From positions 1 through 51,751 of the forward strand of contig CAZCLD010000002.1 of the NCBI GenBank assembly GCA_964499425.1: 51,751 nucleotides of DNA, written 5' to 3'. This DNA is from an uncultured Candidatus Peribacteria bacterium. GTDB taxonomy: Bacteria; Patescibacteriota; Gracilibacteria; UBA1369; LOWO2-01-FULL-3. Shown here one piece after another: positions 1 through 7,873 of this stretch; the first letter of the stretch is position 1; every line of letters starts with the position of its first letter. The position numbers were made by a program, and so were the translations under genes. Below the pieces are notes generated by a model. It worked only from the letters and a program-made list of their open reading frames with translations. It did no database searches and was not told the DNA's origin.

Positions 1-2
1 AA

Positions 3-79
3 TGGTACCCGAGACAGGATTCGAACCTGTGACCTTCGCCTTAGAAGGGCGCTGCTCTATCCAGCTGAGCTACTCGGGC
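3..79 (-). tRNA. tRNA-Arg (anticodon TCT), CCA encoded
   Basis: Reverse complement folds as GCCCGAG-TA-GCTC/AGCTGGATA/GAGC-A-GCGCC-CTTCTAA-GGCGA-AGGTC-ACAGG-TTCGAAT-CCTGT-CTCGGGT-A-CCA. The anticodon loop CTTCTAA gives TCT. Confidence 0.9.
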
Positions 80-129
80 ATAGTACTGACTAATTTTCTT
101 TTGTTTTTCCTCGTATTTTAGTTTGATCT

Positions 130-190
130 ATCCGAGCAGCTGCGCTTTTGATAGTGAGCTGAGGGCTCCCCAGCTGAGCTACTCGGGCAT
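130..190 (-). pseudogene. Truncated tRNA-Arg-like remnant (acceptor 5' strand plus D-arm copy, rest decayed)
   Basis: 21 nt (170-190) are identical to 61-81, covering tRNA nt 1-19 plus 2 upstream nt. A D-stem GCTC/GAGC and a degenerate 3' acceptor CTCGGAT (130-136) remain. There is no anticodon or T arm and the total is only ~59 nt. Confidence 0.5.
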
Positions 191-207
191 GTTGTGAAGA
201 TTATAGA

Positions 208-990
208 TCAACTTATTAATATAACAAGCTCTTCCAAGTTAATTAGATCGTTCTCAATTGCTATTGCTACTGCAAACACGATTGAGTTATTTAGCATGTG
301 AAATACTATGGCCGGCCATAACGATTTAGAATGGATAACCATACGATTTATGATCAACCCAAGTATAAATATTGGGATGAAACTCTGCCAAGGTACGTGC
401 AATACAGCGAAAATTGTCGCAGTTAATATGCTGCCCCAGAAGACTCCTATCTTGTTCGATAGGGTTCTGAGAAAGAACCCACGGAAAATTAATTCCTCCA
501 CAATTGGTGCGATTCCTACAACCATCACCCCTACTATGATCAGATTTGGAATTCCATTTCCAAAAATTGGGAGGATTTCCTCTTGAACTTGATACCCGGG
601 TATCCTGATATTTGTGTAGAGGATGAATACTGCTATTAGAATAGATATCCCGATATAGAGAAGATAGCTGCTAAGGACTAGACCAATAGTTCTAAGGATA
701 CCAATCTTTTTGAAACCGAAGTGTTTCCATTTTAATTTGTACTTTTTCTTTGTGATTATGATGAATGGCACTAGTACAGCTAGCCATTGCAAAAGAAAGA
801 TCCCCGCAAAGATGAGGACTTGGTGTTCTGTCCCTTCGATAAGCTCTTTGACATTAAAATATTGAAGGCCGACGGTTGCCAGTATTATTAGGATTCCACT
901 GATGATAATCACTGAAATTATATCCTTTACGGACCAGGGAGCTTGAAAATACTTCTTCATTCTGTAAAATGGGTTTGTAAGTATGTTCAT
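208..990 (-). CDS. CPBP family intramembrane glutamic endopeptidase (CAAX protease-like)
   Basis: 260-aa polytopic membrane ORF with the CPBP motifs EELIFRG, a downstream FAVLH, and FHMLNN. Confidence 0.85.
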   Translation of the reverse strand: MNILTNPFYRMKKYFQAPWSVKDIISVIIISGILIILATVGLQYFNVKELIEGTEHQVLIFAGIFLLQWLAVLVPFIIITKKKYKLKWKHFGFKKIGILRTIGLVLSSYLLYIGISILIAVFILYTNIRIPGYQVQEEILPIFGNGIPNLIIVGVMVVGIAPIVEELIFRGFFLRTLSNKIGVFWGSILTATIFAVLHVPWQSFIPIFILGLIINRMVIHSKSLWPAIVFHMLNNSIVFAVAIAIENDLINLEELVILIS

Positions 991-1002
991 TTTACAAAGT
1001 TT

Positions 1003-1482
1003 ATGGAGCTTCGTGAAGGGGAAAGAATTTTAAAGGTCTATCACCACCATCCAACACCCTTTGTGTTTGATGTTCTAAAAGTGATTTTAGGTACTTTTCC
1101 GTTTTTATTGTTGCTCATGTTATTCAAGCCTCTGTTCTCACATAATGTCTACATTATTATCCACCTAGTACTGCTTTTTTTGTTTTCCCTGTTGATCACG
1201 TATGTGGCCTTTATCTATTGGCTTGATAAATTGGTTGTAACTAATATTCGGATTGTTCACATCGATTGGAAGTATTTGACCATAAGGGAAGAATCTGAAG
1301 CTCTCCTAAAGGATATCCAGGATATCCAAACGATGGAGCATGGGTTTTTGGCCTATTTTCGGATTTTTGATTATGGCACGCTGAGGCTTGATACTGCTTC
1401 TTCCTATATAACTTTGGTGTTCACTCAGGCTCCAAGTCCTGAACACATCAGGCGGTTTATTTTTAAAACAAAAAAACAGTGA
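1003..1482 (+). CDS. Membrane protein with bacterial PH-like (YdbS/YdbT-type) domain
   Basis: The ORF track begins at 943, but ATG 1003 avoids overlap with the divergent CPBP gene. The layout is [12 protein letters not shown], two TM helices, then a short soluble domain. Its stop overlaps the ruvB GTG start (GTGA). Confidence 0.5.
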   Translation: MELREGERILKVYHHHPTPFVFDVLKVILGTFPFLLLLMLFKPLFSHNVYIIIHLVLLFLFSLLITYVAFIYWLDKLVVTNIRIVHIDWKYLTIREESEALLKDIQDIQTMEHGFLAYFRIFDYGTLRLDTASSYITLVFTQAPSPEHIRRFIFKTKKQ

Positions 1483-2495
1483 TTGAGAGTGAGGAAGAAA
1501 ATTTGGAGGAAATTGTCACTGCCAGTAGTGGTGAATTAACTGAGTTCGAAAATAAACTCAGACCTAGACGTTTGGAGGATTACATTGGACAAAAGAACAT
1601 TAAAAGCAATTTGAGCATTTCTATTGAGGCCTCCAAAAAAAGGAAGGATCCGCTGGATCATGTATTGCTTCATGGTCCTCCCGGGCTTGGGAAGACGACC
1701 TTAGCTCATATTATTGCAAATGAGGCTGGAGTGAATATCAAGGTCACTTCGGGTCCTGCTTTGGAAAAACAGGGTGATGTTGCTTCCATTATTTCTAATC
1801 TGGATGAACACGATGTTCTATTCATTGATGAGATTCATCGTTTAAAACCTGTGGTTGAGGAGGTTCTTTATACTGCAATGGAGGACTATGGTATTGATAT
1901 CATCATCGGTAAGGGTCCTTCGGCCCGTAGCATGCGAATCAATCTGCCCAAATTCACCCTCATAGGAGCTACTACTAAATTGAGCAGCATTTCTGCCCCA
2001 TTGAGATCGCGCTTTGGTAATGTTTTTAAGCTGCAATTTTATGATGAGAATGACATTAAGGAGATTATTTTGAGGTCAGCGAATATTCTTAAATGTGACA
2101 TTGATAAGAAATTGGCTAGTTTTTTGGCTAAATCTTGCAGGCAAACACCAAGGATTGCTAATCGTTTACTTAAAAGGGTTAGAGACTATGCCGATGTAAA
2201 GAACAATTCTGTTATCGAGGAGTCTGTTTTGGAAAAGTCTCTGGATGCGATTGGTATAGACGCGCTTGGGCTCGACCATATGGACAGAGATATGCTTGCA
2301 CTTATTATCCAGAAATTTCGAGGAGGGCCCGTAGGACTGAGCACGCTGGCTGCAGCAATTTCTGAGGAGCAAGCTACGATTGAAGATATATATGAGCCTT
2401 TTTTGATCCAGATAGGGTTTTTAGAGAGAACGCCAAGAGGCAGGATTGCAACTGAAAGAGCCTACGAACATCTTGGCTTTGAATTGAGTTTGTGA
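1479..2495 (+). CDS. ruvB: Holliday junction branch migration DNA helicase RuvB
   Basis: [12 protein letters not shown], Walker [10 protein letters not shown], Walker [10 protein letters not shown], and the C-terminal winged-helix region [16 protein letters not shown]. Confidence 0.95.
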   Translation: MIESEEENLEEIVTASSGELTEFENKLRPRRLEDYIGQKNIKSNLSISIEASKKRKDPLDHVLLHGPPGLGKTTLAHIIANEAGVNIKVTSGPALEKQGDVASIISNLDEHDVLFIDEIHRLKPVVEEVLYTAMEDYGIDIIIGKGPSARSMRINLPKFTLIGATTKLSSISAPLRSRFGNVFKLQFYDENDIKEIILRSANILKCDIDKKLASFLAKSCRQTPRIANRLLKRVRDYADVKNNSVIEESVLEKSLDAIGIDALGLDHMDRDMLALIIQKFRGGPVGLSTLAAAISEEQATIEDIYEPFLIQIGFLERTPRGRIATERAYEHLGFELSL

Positions 2496-2508
2496 TACAT
2501 TTTTGACC

Positions 2509-3717
2509 ATGAAATTATTGTTTCTAAGGTTTGTTTTGCTTTTTGCACTGCTTTCGTTCACTGGGTGCAATCTAATAGATGAGAACTTTAAGGATGAACC
2601 TGATTTTACCGTACTTACTGGGGTTTTGTCAGCACAGGACCCAGGAGATGAATATGAGGGGAGTCATCTCTTGACGGACTCTGAGGGTACTGTCTTTCCT
2701 GTGAGAAGTAATATGATTAATCTGGGGGCAGCTCAATATTTAGACAATGGCGTTGAGTTGACCGGTGTTTTGAATAGTGAGGACGATGTTTTTGGAGTTA
2801 CGGGTATTAAAGTTGTGGAAATTTTGTCTGATATCAGAGTTACTATGGCTAAATTCCAAGAGTATAAGAATACCGAATTGGGCTTTAGGCTTAAATACTA
2901 CGAGGATTGGACCATTCGTGAGGAAGAGGGCAAGGTCATTTTCTTTTCTCCAGAAGAATCTGAATCGCAGGAAACAATGGAAATCTCTCAGTCCCTATTC
3001 CCATATCAACCAGCTTTGGATGAGGATGGAGGTAGTGATACTCCCCTGGAGGCTTATTTCAAATCACAAGGTTGGTTTGACACCTTGGCTTATACAGAGC
3101 ACCAGATAGGGCCTGACAAGGTAGCTGCCTGGAGCATAGATAATTCAGTCAGCTTGAGGTACTACCTTTACAGAGCTGGCTTGATATATGAGATTTCGAT
3201 TAGCTCAAAGAGTGATTTTGAGGTTGTTTTTGCTGAGATGTTCTCTGAGTTTAGATTTGTAGGTTTTGGCGTAGAGGATGATTCGTCTGATGCGGATTTG
3301 GATGCGCACATTATTGATCCTCCTGGACCAACAGCTGAGCTGCCTGAGTTGGATTTTGAGCTAACTACTTTCGAGAGTCTCCCCTATTTGTTTAGTGGCC
3401 AATACCCTTCTAGTTGGTATTATGCTGGTTCATCTGGATCTGGTTCAGAAGTTTTAAGGCATTACGGCTTTGGGGATGAACCTCTTGATGAATCTAATGA
3501 GATTCTGAGCCTAGATGTAATTTCCTCTGACCTTCCAACGTCTGCTACCACGACTATTGGTGGACGCGATTTCGTGGAGATGTATTCTGCTAGAGGCACT
3601 TACACCGTCTATACATCTGTTGGTAATCGCAATTATAGGCTTAGTGGTCCTGACGAATATCAGGACTTACTTCTAACAATGGCCGCTAGTATTTCTCCTC
3701 TTGAGAGTACTGAGTAA
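2509..3717 (+). CDS. Hypothetical lipoprotein
   Basis: N-terminal signal peptide ending in a lipobox-like FTGC. The mature part is acidic and matches no family I recognise. Confidence 0.6.
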   Translation: MKLLFLRFVLLFALLSFTGCNLIDENFKDEPDFTVLTGVLSAQDPGDEYEGSHLLTDSEGTVFPVRSNMINLGAAQYLDNGVELTGVLNSEDDVFGVTGIKVVEILSDIRVTMAKFQEYKNTELGFRLKYYEDWTIREEEGKVIFFSPEESESQETMEISQSLFPYQPALDEDGGSDTPLEAYFKSQGWFDTLAYTEHQIGPDKVAAWSIDNSVSLRYYLYRAGLIYEISISSKSDFEVVFAEMFSEFRFVGFGVEDDSSDADLDAHIIDPPGPTAELPELDFELTTFESLPYLFSGQYPSSWYYAGSSGSGSEVLRHYGFGDEPLDESNEILSLDVISSDLPTSATTTIGGRDFVEMYSARGTYTVYTSVGNRNYRLSGPDEYQDLLLTMAASISPLESTE

Positions 3718-3725
3718 GCTTTCTT

Positions 3726-3754
3726 TTGACAAAATACGGTTAGCACTCTATGCT
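3726..3754 (+). promoter_or_regulatory. Putative sigma-70-type promoter of clpC (TTGACA-17-TATGCT)
   Basis: TTGACA at 3726-3731, a 17-nt spacer, then TATGCT at 3749-3754. The -10 element lies inside the CIRCE spacer. Confidence 0.5.
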
Positions 3755-3766
3755 TGTGAGTGCTAG
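3740..3766 (+). promoter_or_regulatory. CIRCE element (HrcA operator)
   Basis: TTAGCACTC-N9-GAGTGCTAG matches the consensus TTAGCACTC-N9-GAGTGCTAA with one mismatch. It sits 114 nt upstream of clpC. Confidence 0.85.
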
Positions 3767-3879
3767 GCTATTAAACCATCAACCTGTTAATCGTCAAAGT
3801 CAAATCAGGTAAAGCCATTCTAAGAACAATTTTTTTATGCTAGAATGTAATGACTTCAATATATAACTAAAATCACTAT

Positions 3880-6492
3880 ATGTCCGAATTCAATCATTTT
3901 AACAAGTTTACCAAGGAGGCGAAGAGAGCTCTTATTGTCGCTCAGGAGAAGGCCAAAGAGGCTAAACTTAGTTATGTGGGGACTGAGCACATTCTAATAG
4001 GAGTGCTCTCACAGGAGAATTCATTGGGGGCATCAATTCTGCTTAATTTTGGGGTATCTCTTGAGAACGTTTACCTAGTCCTTAAAACGGTTGGCAGGAC
4101 TAGTGCACCGACCAAGTCTAAGGATCCGGGCGGTCTCAGCGGTTTTGCGAAGGAGATTATCGAAGAAGCTGTAAAGATAGCACACGAGTATAAGCATTCT
4201 TTTGTGGGTACAGAGCATCTTCTTTATTCTCTAGTATCTCAAAACAATACTGCCGCAACTGTCATTCTTGAAAATATGAAAGTTTCACCTCAAGATGTTA
4301 AGGAGCAGATTTTGGAGATTTTTGAGAGAGCGAAAGGATTTGCTGGAAAGGATGGATCTGTAGATCCAGGCACAGCTATAGCTGAGTCTTCACCTAAGAC
4401 TCCTCAAATGATGAATCCTATTGAGTTTTTTCTTACTGGCCTCCAAGGAGTTTTGACCGGGCAGAATAAGGATTCGTATCAAAAGGAAACTTATAAGTCC
4501 AAGAAAAAGGACGAAAAAAAGAAGTCTGAAACTCCTGCTTTGGATTATTTCTCAACTGATATGGTTGAAGAAGCCAGGAAGGGGAAGATGGATCCAATTA
4601 TTGGCCGGAGGACAGAAATTGAGAGAGTAATAAGCATTTTGTCTCGAAAGACTAAAAATAACCCTGTATTAATTGGTGAATCTGGCGTTGGGAAAACAGC
4701 TGTTGCTGAGGGCCTTGCACAGGCAATTGTGCGCGAAGAGGTACCCGAAAATATGCTGGATAAAAAAATACTATCTATCTCGATGGCCTCTGTAGTTGCA
4801 GGGACTAAATATCGAGGTGAATTCGAAGAGAGAATTAAACAAATAATTGAAGAAACTAGCTCACAAGATAATGTGATTCTGTTTATTGACGAATTTCATA
4901 CTGTTGTCGGCGCTGGTAGTGCTGAAGGCAGTCTGGATGCTGCTAATATCCTTAAGCCAGCATTGTCTCGTGGGAAAATACAGGTACTTGGTGCCACTAC
5001 AACTGTTGAGTACAGAAAGAATGTTGAAAAGGATGCTGCTTTGGACAGGCGTTTCCAGGCTGTAATGGTTGAGGAAGCTACAATTGAAGCAACTAGGGAA
5101 ATCCTGGAAGGGATAAGAGAAGCCTTTGAGGATCATCACAGTTTGATTATTTCTCCTGAGGCTTTGTCCTCTTCTATAAGACTTTCTAGGAGGTATATTA
5201 ATGACCGATTTTTGCCTGATAAGGCTATAGACCTTATTGATGAAGCCGCGGCAAAAAGGCGTATCAAATCCAAAGTAAGTAATGATAAGATCAAAAAACT
5301 ACAGAGGAAGCTTTCTTCAGTAATCAAGAAGAAAGAGGAATGTGTTTCCAGGCAGGATTACGAAAAGGCAGCTGAGCTTAGGAATGAGGAGCTTGAATTG
5401 GTCAAGCAGATAGATGAACAAAAGTATGTCAGGGTGCCTCGTTCTAAGCGTGAAATTCTTAATGAAGATGATATAGCGTCAGTTGTTTCTAGTATTACTG
5501 GTGTTCCAGTTACCAAACTTGTAAAGGATGATATCTCCAAGCTCAAATCTCTAGAATCCTCCCTCAAAAAGCGGATTATAGGCCAGGCGGAGGCTATTAC
5601 AGCTGTTTCGCAGGCTATACGACGTTCTCGTGCTGGATTTGCTGATGAGAGAAGGCCAATTGGCTCATTTATATTTATGGGACCGACTGGAGTTGGTAAA
5701 ACCGAGCTTGTTAAGGCCCTTGCTGAGGAGGTTTACAATGATCGTAACGCGCTTATTAAAATTGATATGAGTGAGTTTATGGAGAGACACAATACCTCTC
5801 GGCTTGTTGGTGCTACAGCAGGTTACGTTGGCTATGAGGATGGTGGGCAGCTTACTGAAGCTGTAAGAACTAAGCCTTATAGTGTTGTTTTGTTTGATGA
5901 AATTGAAAAGGCTCATCCAGATGTTTTTAATCTTCTTCTTCAAATTATGGAAGATGGCGAATTGACCGATGCAAAAGGGCGAAAAGTTGATTTTAGAAAT
6001 ACGATAATCGTAATGACTTCTAATATTGGTGCTAAGAAATTGACCGAAAAGGCTGCGCCAATTGGATTTTCTTCGGACAATGCTGATATTGAAAAGGCTG
6101 AAGAGGACTTTGAAGCTATGAGCGATGAGATTATGAAAGATTTGAAAGATCACTTCCGACCTGAATTTTTGAATAGGCTCGACAAAGTGTTGATCTTTCA
6201 TGCTCTGACTAACTCTGACATTCACGAAATCGTTAAGTTGCACCTTAAGTACCTGCAGGATCGCCTCGAGGAGAAGAAGCTTGTAATTAAAGCGAGCCCT
6301 GGTGCATTGGATATTTTGGCAAAAGAAGGTTATGACCCTAAATATGGAGCCAGGCCTATCAGGAGGGCTCTTCAGGAGCATGTAGAAGACCCATTAACCA
6401 CCAAGTATCTAAACGGAGATTTCAAGGACGGAGATCGGGTTAATATTGTAAAGAAGGGAAAAGGCATTGATTTAGTAAAGAACAAAGCTTGA
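3880..6492 (+). CDS. clpC: ATP-dependent Clp protease ATP-binding subunit ClpC (class I Hsp100 AAA+)
   Basis: Two Clp_N repeats and two AAA+ modules (GESGVGKTA, GPTGVGKTE). The middle domain is short and carries a UVR-like motif (QDYEKAAELRNEELEL). A PIGF loop is consistent with ClpP docking. Confidence 0.9.
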   Translation: MSEFNHFNKFTKEAKRALIVAQEKAKEAKLSYVGTEHILIGVLSQENSLGASILLNFGVSLENVYLVLKTVGRTSAPTKSKDPGGLSGFAKEIIEEAVKIAHEYKHSFVGTEHLLYSLVSQNNTAATVILENMKVSPQDVKEQILEIFERAKGFAGKDGSVDPGTAIAESSPKTPQMMNPIEFFLTGLQGVLTGQNKDSYQKETYKSKKKDEKKKSETPALDYFSTDMVEEARKGKMDPIIGRRTEIERVISILSRKTKNNPVLIGESGVGKTAVAEGLAQAIVREEVPENMLDKKILSISMASVVAGTKYRGEFEERIKQIIEETSSQDNVILFIDEFHTVVGAGSAEGSLDAANILKPALSRGKIQVLGATTTVEYRKNVEKDAALDRRFQAVMVEEATIEATREILEGIREAFEDHHSLIISPEALSSSIRLSRRYINDRFLPDKAIDLIDEAAAKRRIKSKVSNDKIKKLQRKLSSVIKKKEECVSRQDYEKAAELRNEELELVKQIDEQKYVRVPRSKREILNEDDIASVVSSITGVPVTKLVKDDISKLKSLESSLKKRIIGQAEAITAVSQAIRRSRAGFADERRPIGSFIFMGPTGVGKTELVKALAEEVYNDRNALIKIDMSEFMERHNTSRLVGATAGYVGYEDGGQLTEAVRTKPYSVVLFDEIEKAHPDVFNLLLQIMEDGELTDAKGRKVDFRNTIIVMTSNIGAKKLTEKAAPIGFSSDNADIEKAEEDFEAMSDEIMKDLKDHFRPEFLNRLDKVLIFHALTNSDIHEIVKLHLKYLQDRLEEKKLVIKASPGALDILAKEGYDPKYGARPIRRALQEHVEDPLTTKYLNGDFKDGDRVNIVKKGKGIDLVKNKA

Positions 6493-6517
6493 CACCGTTA
6501 TTATTGCTACCTATAAT
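6489..6517 (+). promoter_or_regulatory. Consensus sigma-70 promoter (TTGACA-17-TATAAT), likely for rpsA
   Basis: Perfect TTGACA (6489-6494), a 17-nt spacer, and perfect TATAAT (6512-6517). The -35 element overlaps the clpC stop codon. Confidence 0.7.
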
Positions 6518-6548
6518 CGCCCTGCTTCATTGAAGACAGGGCGTTTTT
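6518..6548 (+). terminator. Rho-independent terminator after clpC
   Basis: Hairpin CGCCCTG-CTTCA / TGAAG-A-CAGGGCG followed by TTTTTATT. Confidence 0.7.
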
Positions 6549-6613
6549 ATTAGCAAGATTGCCTTTAGAACGTGAAGCTACTAATTATTAAGAGATCTTG
6601 CTAAGTAAGGAGT

Positions 6614-7871
6614 ATGACTAATTATACTAGTTCTATAATGGATGAACTGCTGAAGAATGCAGAAGACATCCAGCTGCCTGTTCCGGGATCGCTTGTTGAC
6701 GGTCTCGTAGTTTCAGTTATGAAAAACAAAGTGCTTGTTGATTTAGATGGCATGGCTACTGGGATTATTGCGGGCCAAGAAACTCAGGATAGCTCAGGTA
6801 CTATTAAGGATTTAAAGGAGGGTGATACAGTTTCTTCGTATATTTTGGAAGAAGAAAATGAGGATGGATTGGTTGTTTTGTCTCTACGTAAAGCCAGTCA
6901 GCAAAAGACTTGGGATAAATTCTTGAATGCATATGATACTGGAGAATCCATAACAGTTGCAGCTAATGAGGCTAATAAAGGCGGACTTTTGCTTAATGTA
7001 GATGGGATTAAGGGTTTTATTCCTGTTTCGCAGCTTGCCCCTCTACATTATCCTCGTGTTAACGGACAGTGCCCAGTTTCTCGGTTGGTTACAGAAATTG
7101 ATTGGGATTCCTCTACTCGTTAAGATAATTAATTTGGTTAGGGTAAGTGGCAAGCTAATTCTCTCTGAGAGGGCTGCTGAATCCGAAAAACGAAAAGGGT
7201 CTCTTGAGAAACTGGACGTTGGTCAGAAGATTAAAGGAAAGATTAGCGGTATTGTGAATTTTGGTATTTTCGTGACTTTTAATGGTTTGGAAGGTTTGGT
7301 TCATATTTCAGAAATCGCTTGGGGTCATGTAAAGGATCCTAATGATTATGGAAAACTTGGAGATGAGGTAGAAGTATTGGTAATAGGTAAGGAAAAAGAC
7401 AAGATTAGCCTTTCTATGAAGCGGTTGGTTCCTGATCCATGGATAGAAGCTACAAAGAAATACAAAGTCGGCACAATTGTCACAGGTGAAGTTAATCGTA
7501 TCACTCCTTTTGGGGCTTTTGTTAAGCTGGACGATGAGATTAATGGTTTGATTCATGTAAGCGAAATTACTTCTGACGGAGTTGATGAACCTGGAGATAA
7601 TCTTAGAGTTGGAGATAAGGTGAAAGCCAAAATTATTGCAATCGACCCTGATGACCATAGGGTTGGACTCTCAATAAAGGCTTTAGATGAGAAGACTACA
7701 AAGACAAAGGCTAGTGCCGTAGACGAACAAGGTGAGGCGAAGGCACATGGATCGGAAACGCCAGAGGGTACAGAGGCCGATGAGGAAGCTCCCGTGAAGA
7801 CAGAAAAGAAGAAAAAGACGGCTGAAAAGAAAGCTAAGTCTGAAAAAAAGGAAGAGAAGGATAGTGAATAG
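6614..7871 (+). CDS. rpsA: 30S ribosomal protein S1 (four S1 domains plus K/E-rich tail); reading frame broken near 7064
   Basis: ORFs 6614-7123 and 7002-7871 together give a collinear S1. The join reads ...IPVSQLAPLHYPRVN | DSAQFLGWLQKLIGIPLLVKIINL... and the downstream part is in the +1 frame. Four S1-domain signatures are present. Confidence 0.8.
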
Positions 7872-7873
7872 TT

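Noticed and set aside
5665-6381. Long antisense or alternative-frame ORFs inside well-supported genes. Examples are 5665-6381(-) in clpC, 18551-19234(-) in proS, 20238-20768(-) in rfbD, 33142-33702(-) in the 1277-aa gene, and 37823-38443(-) and 38999-39532(-) in the 1296-aa gene.
   Set aside because: They lie fully within ORFs that have strong family signatures or are much longer. Their products are low-complexity (S/L/F/I-rich, or A/P/R-rich in the G+C-rich stretch) and they have no independent start signals, so they are shadow ORFs.
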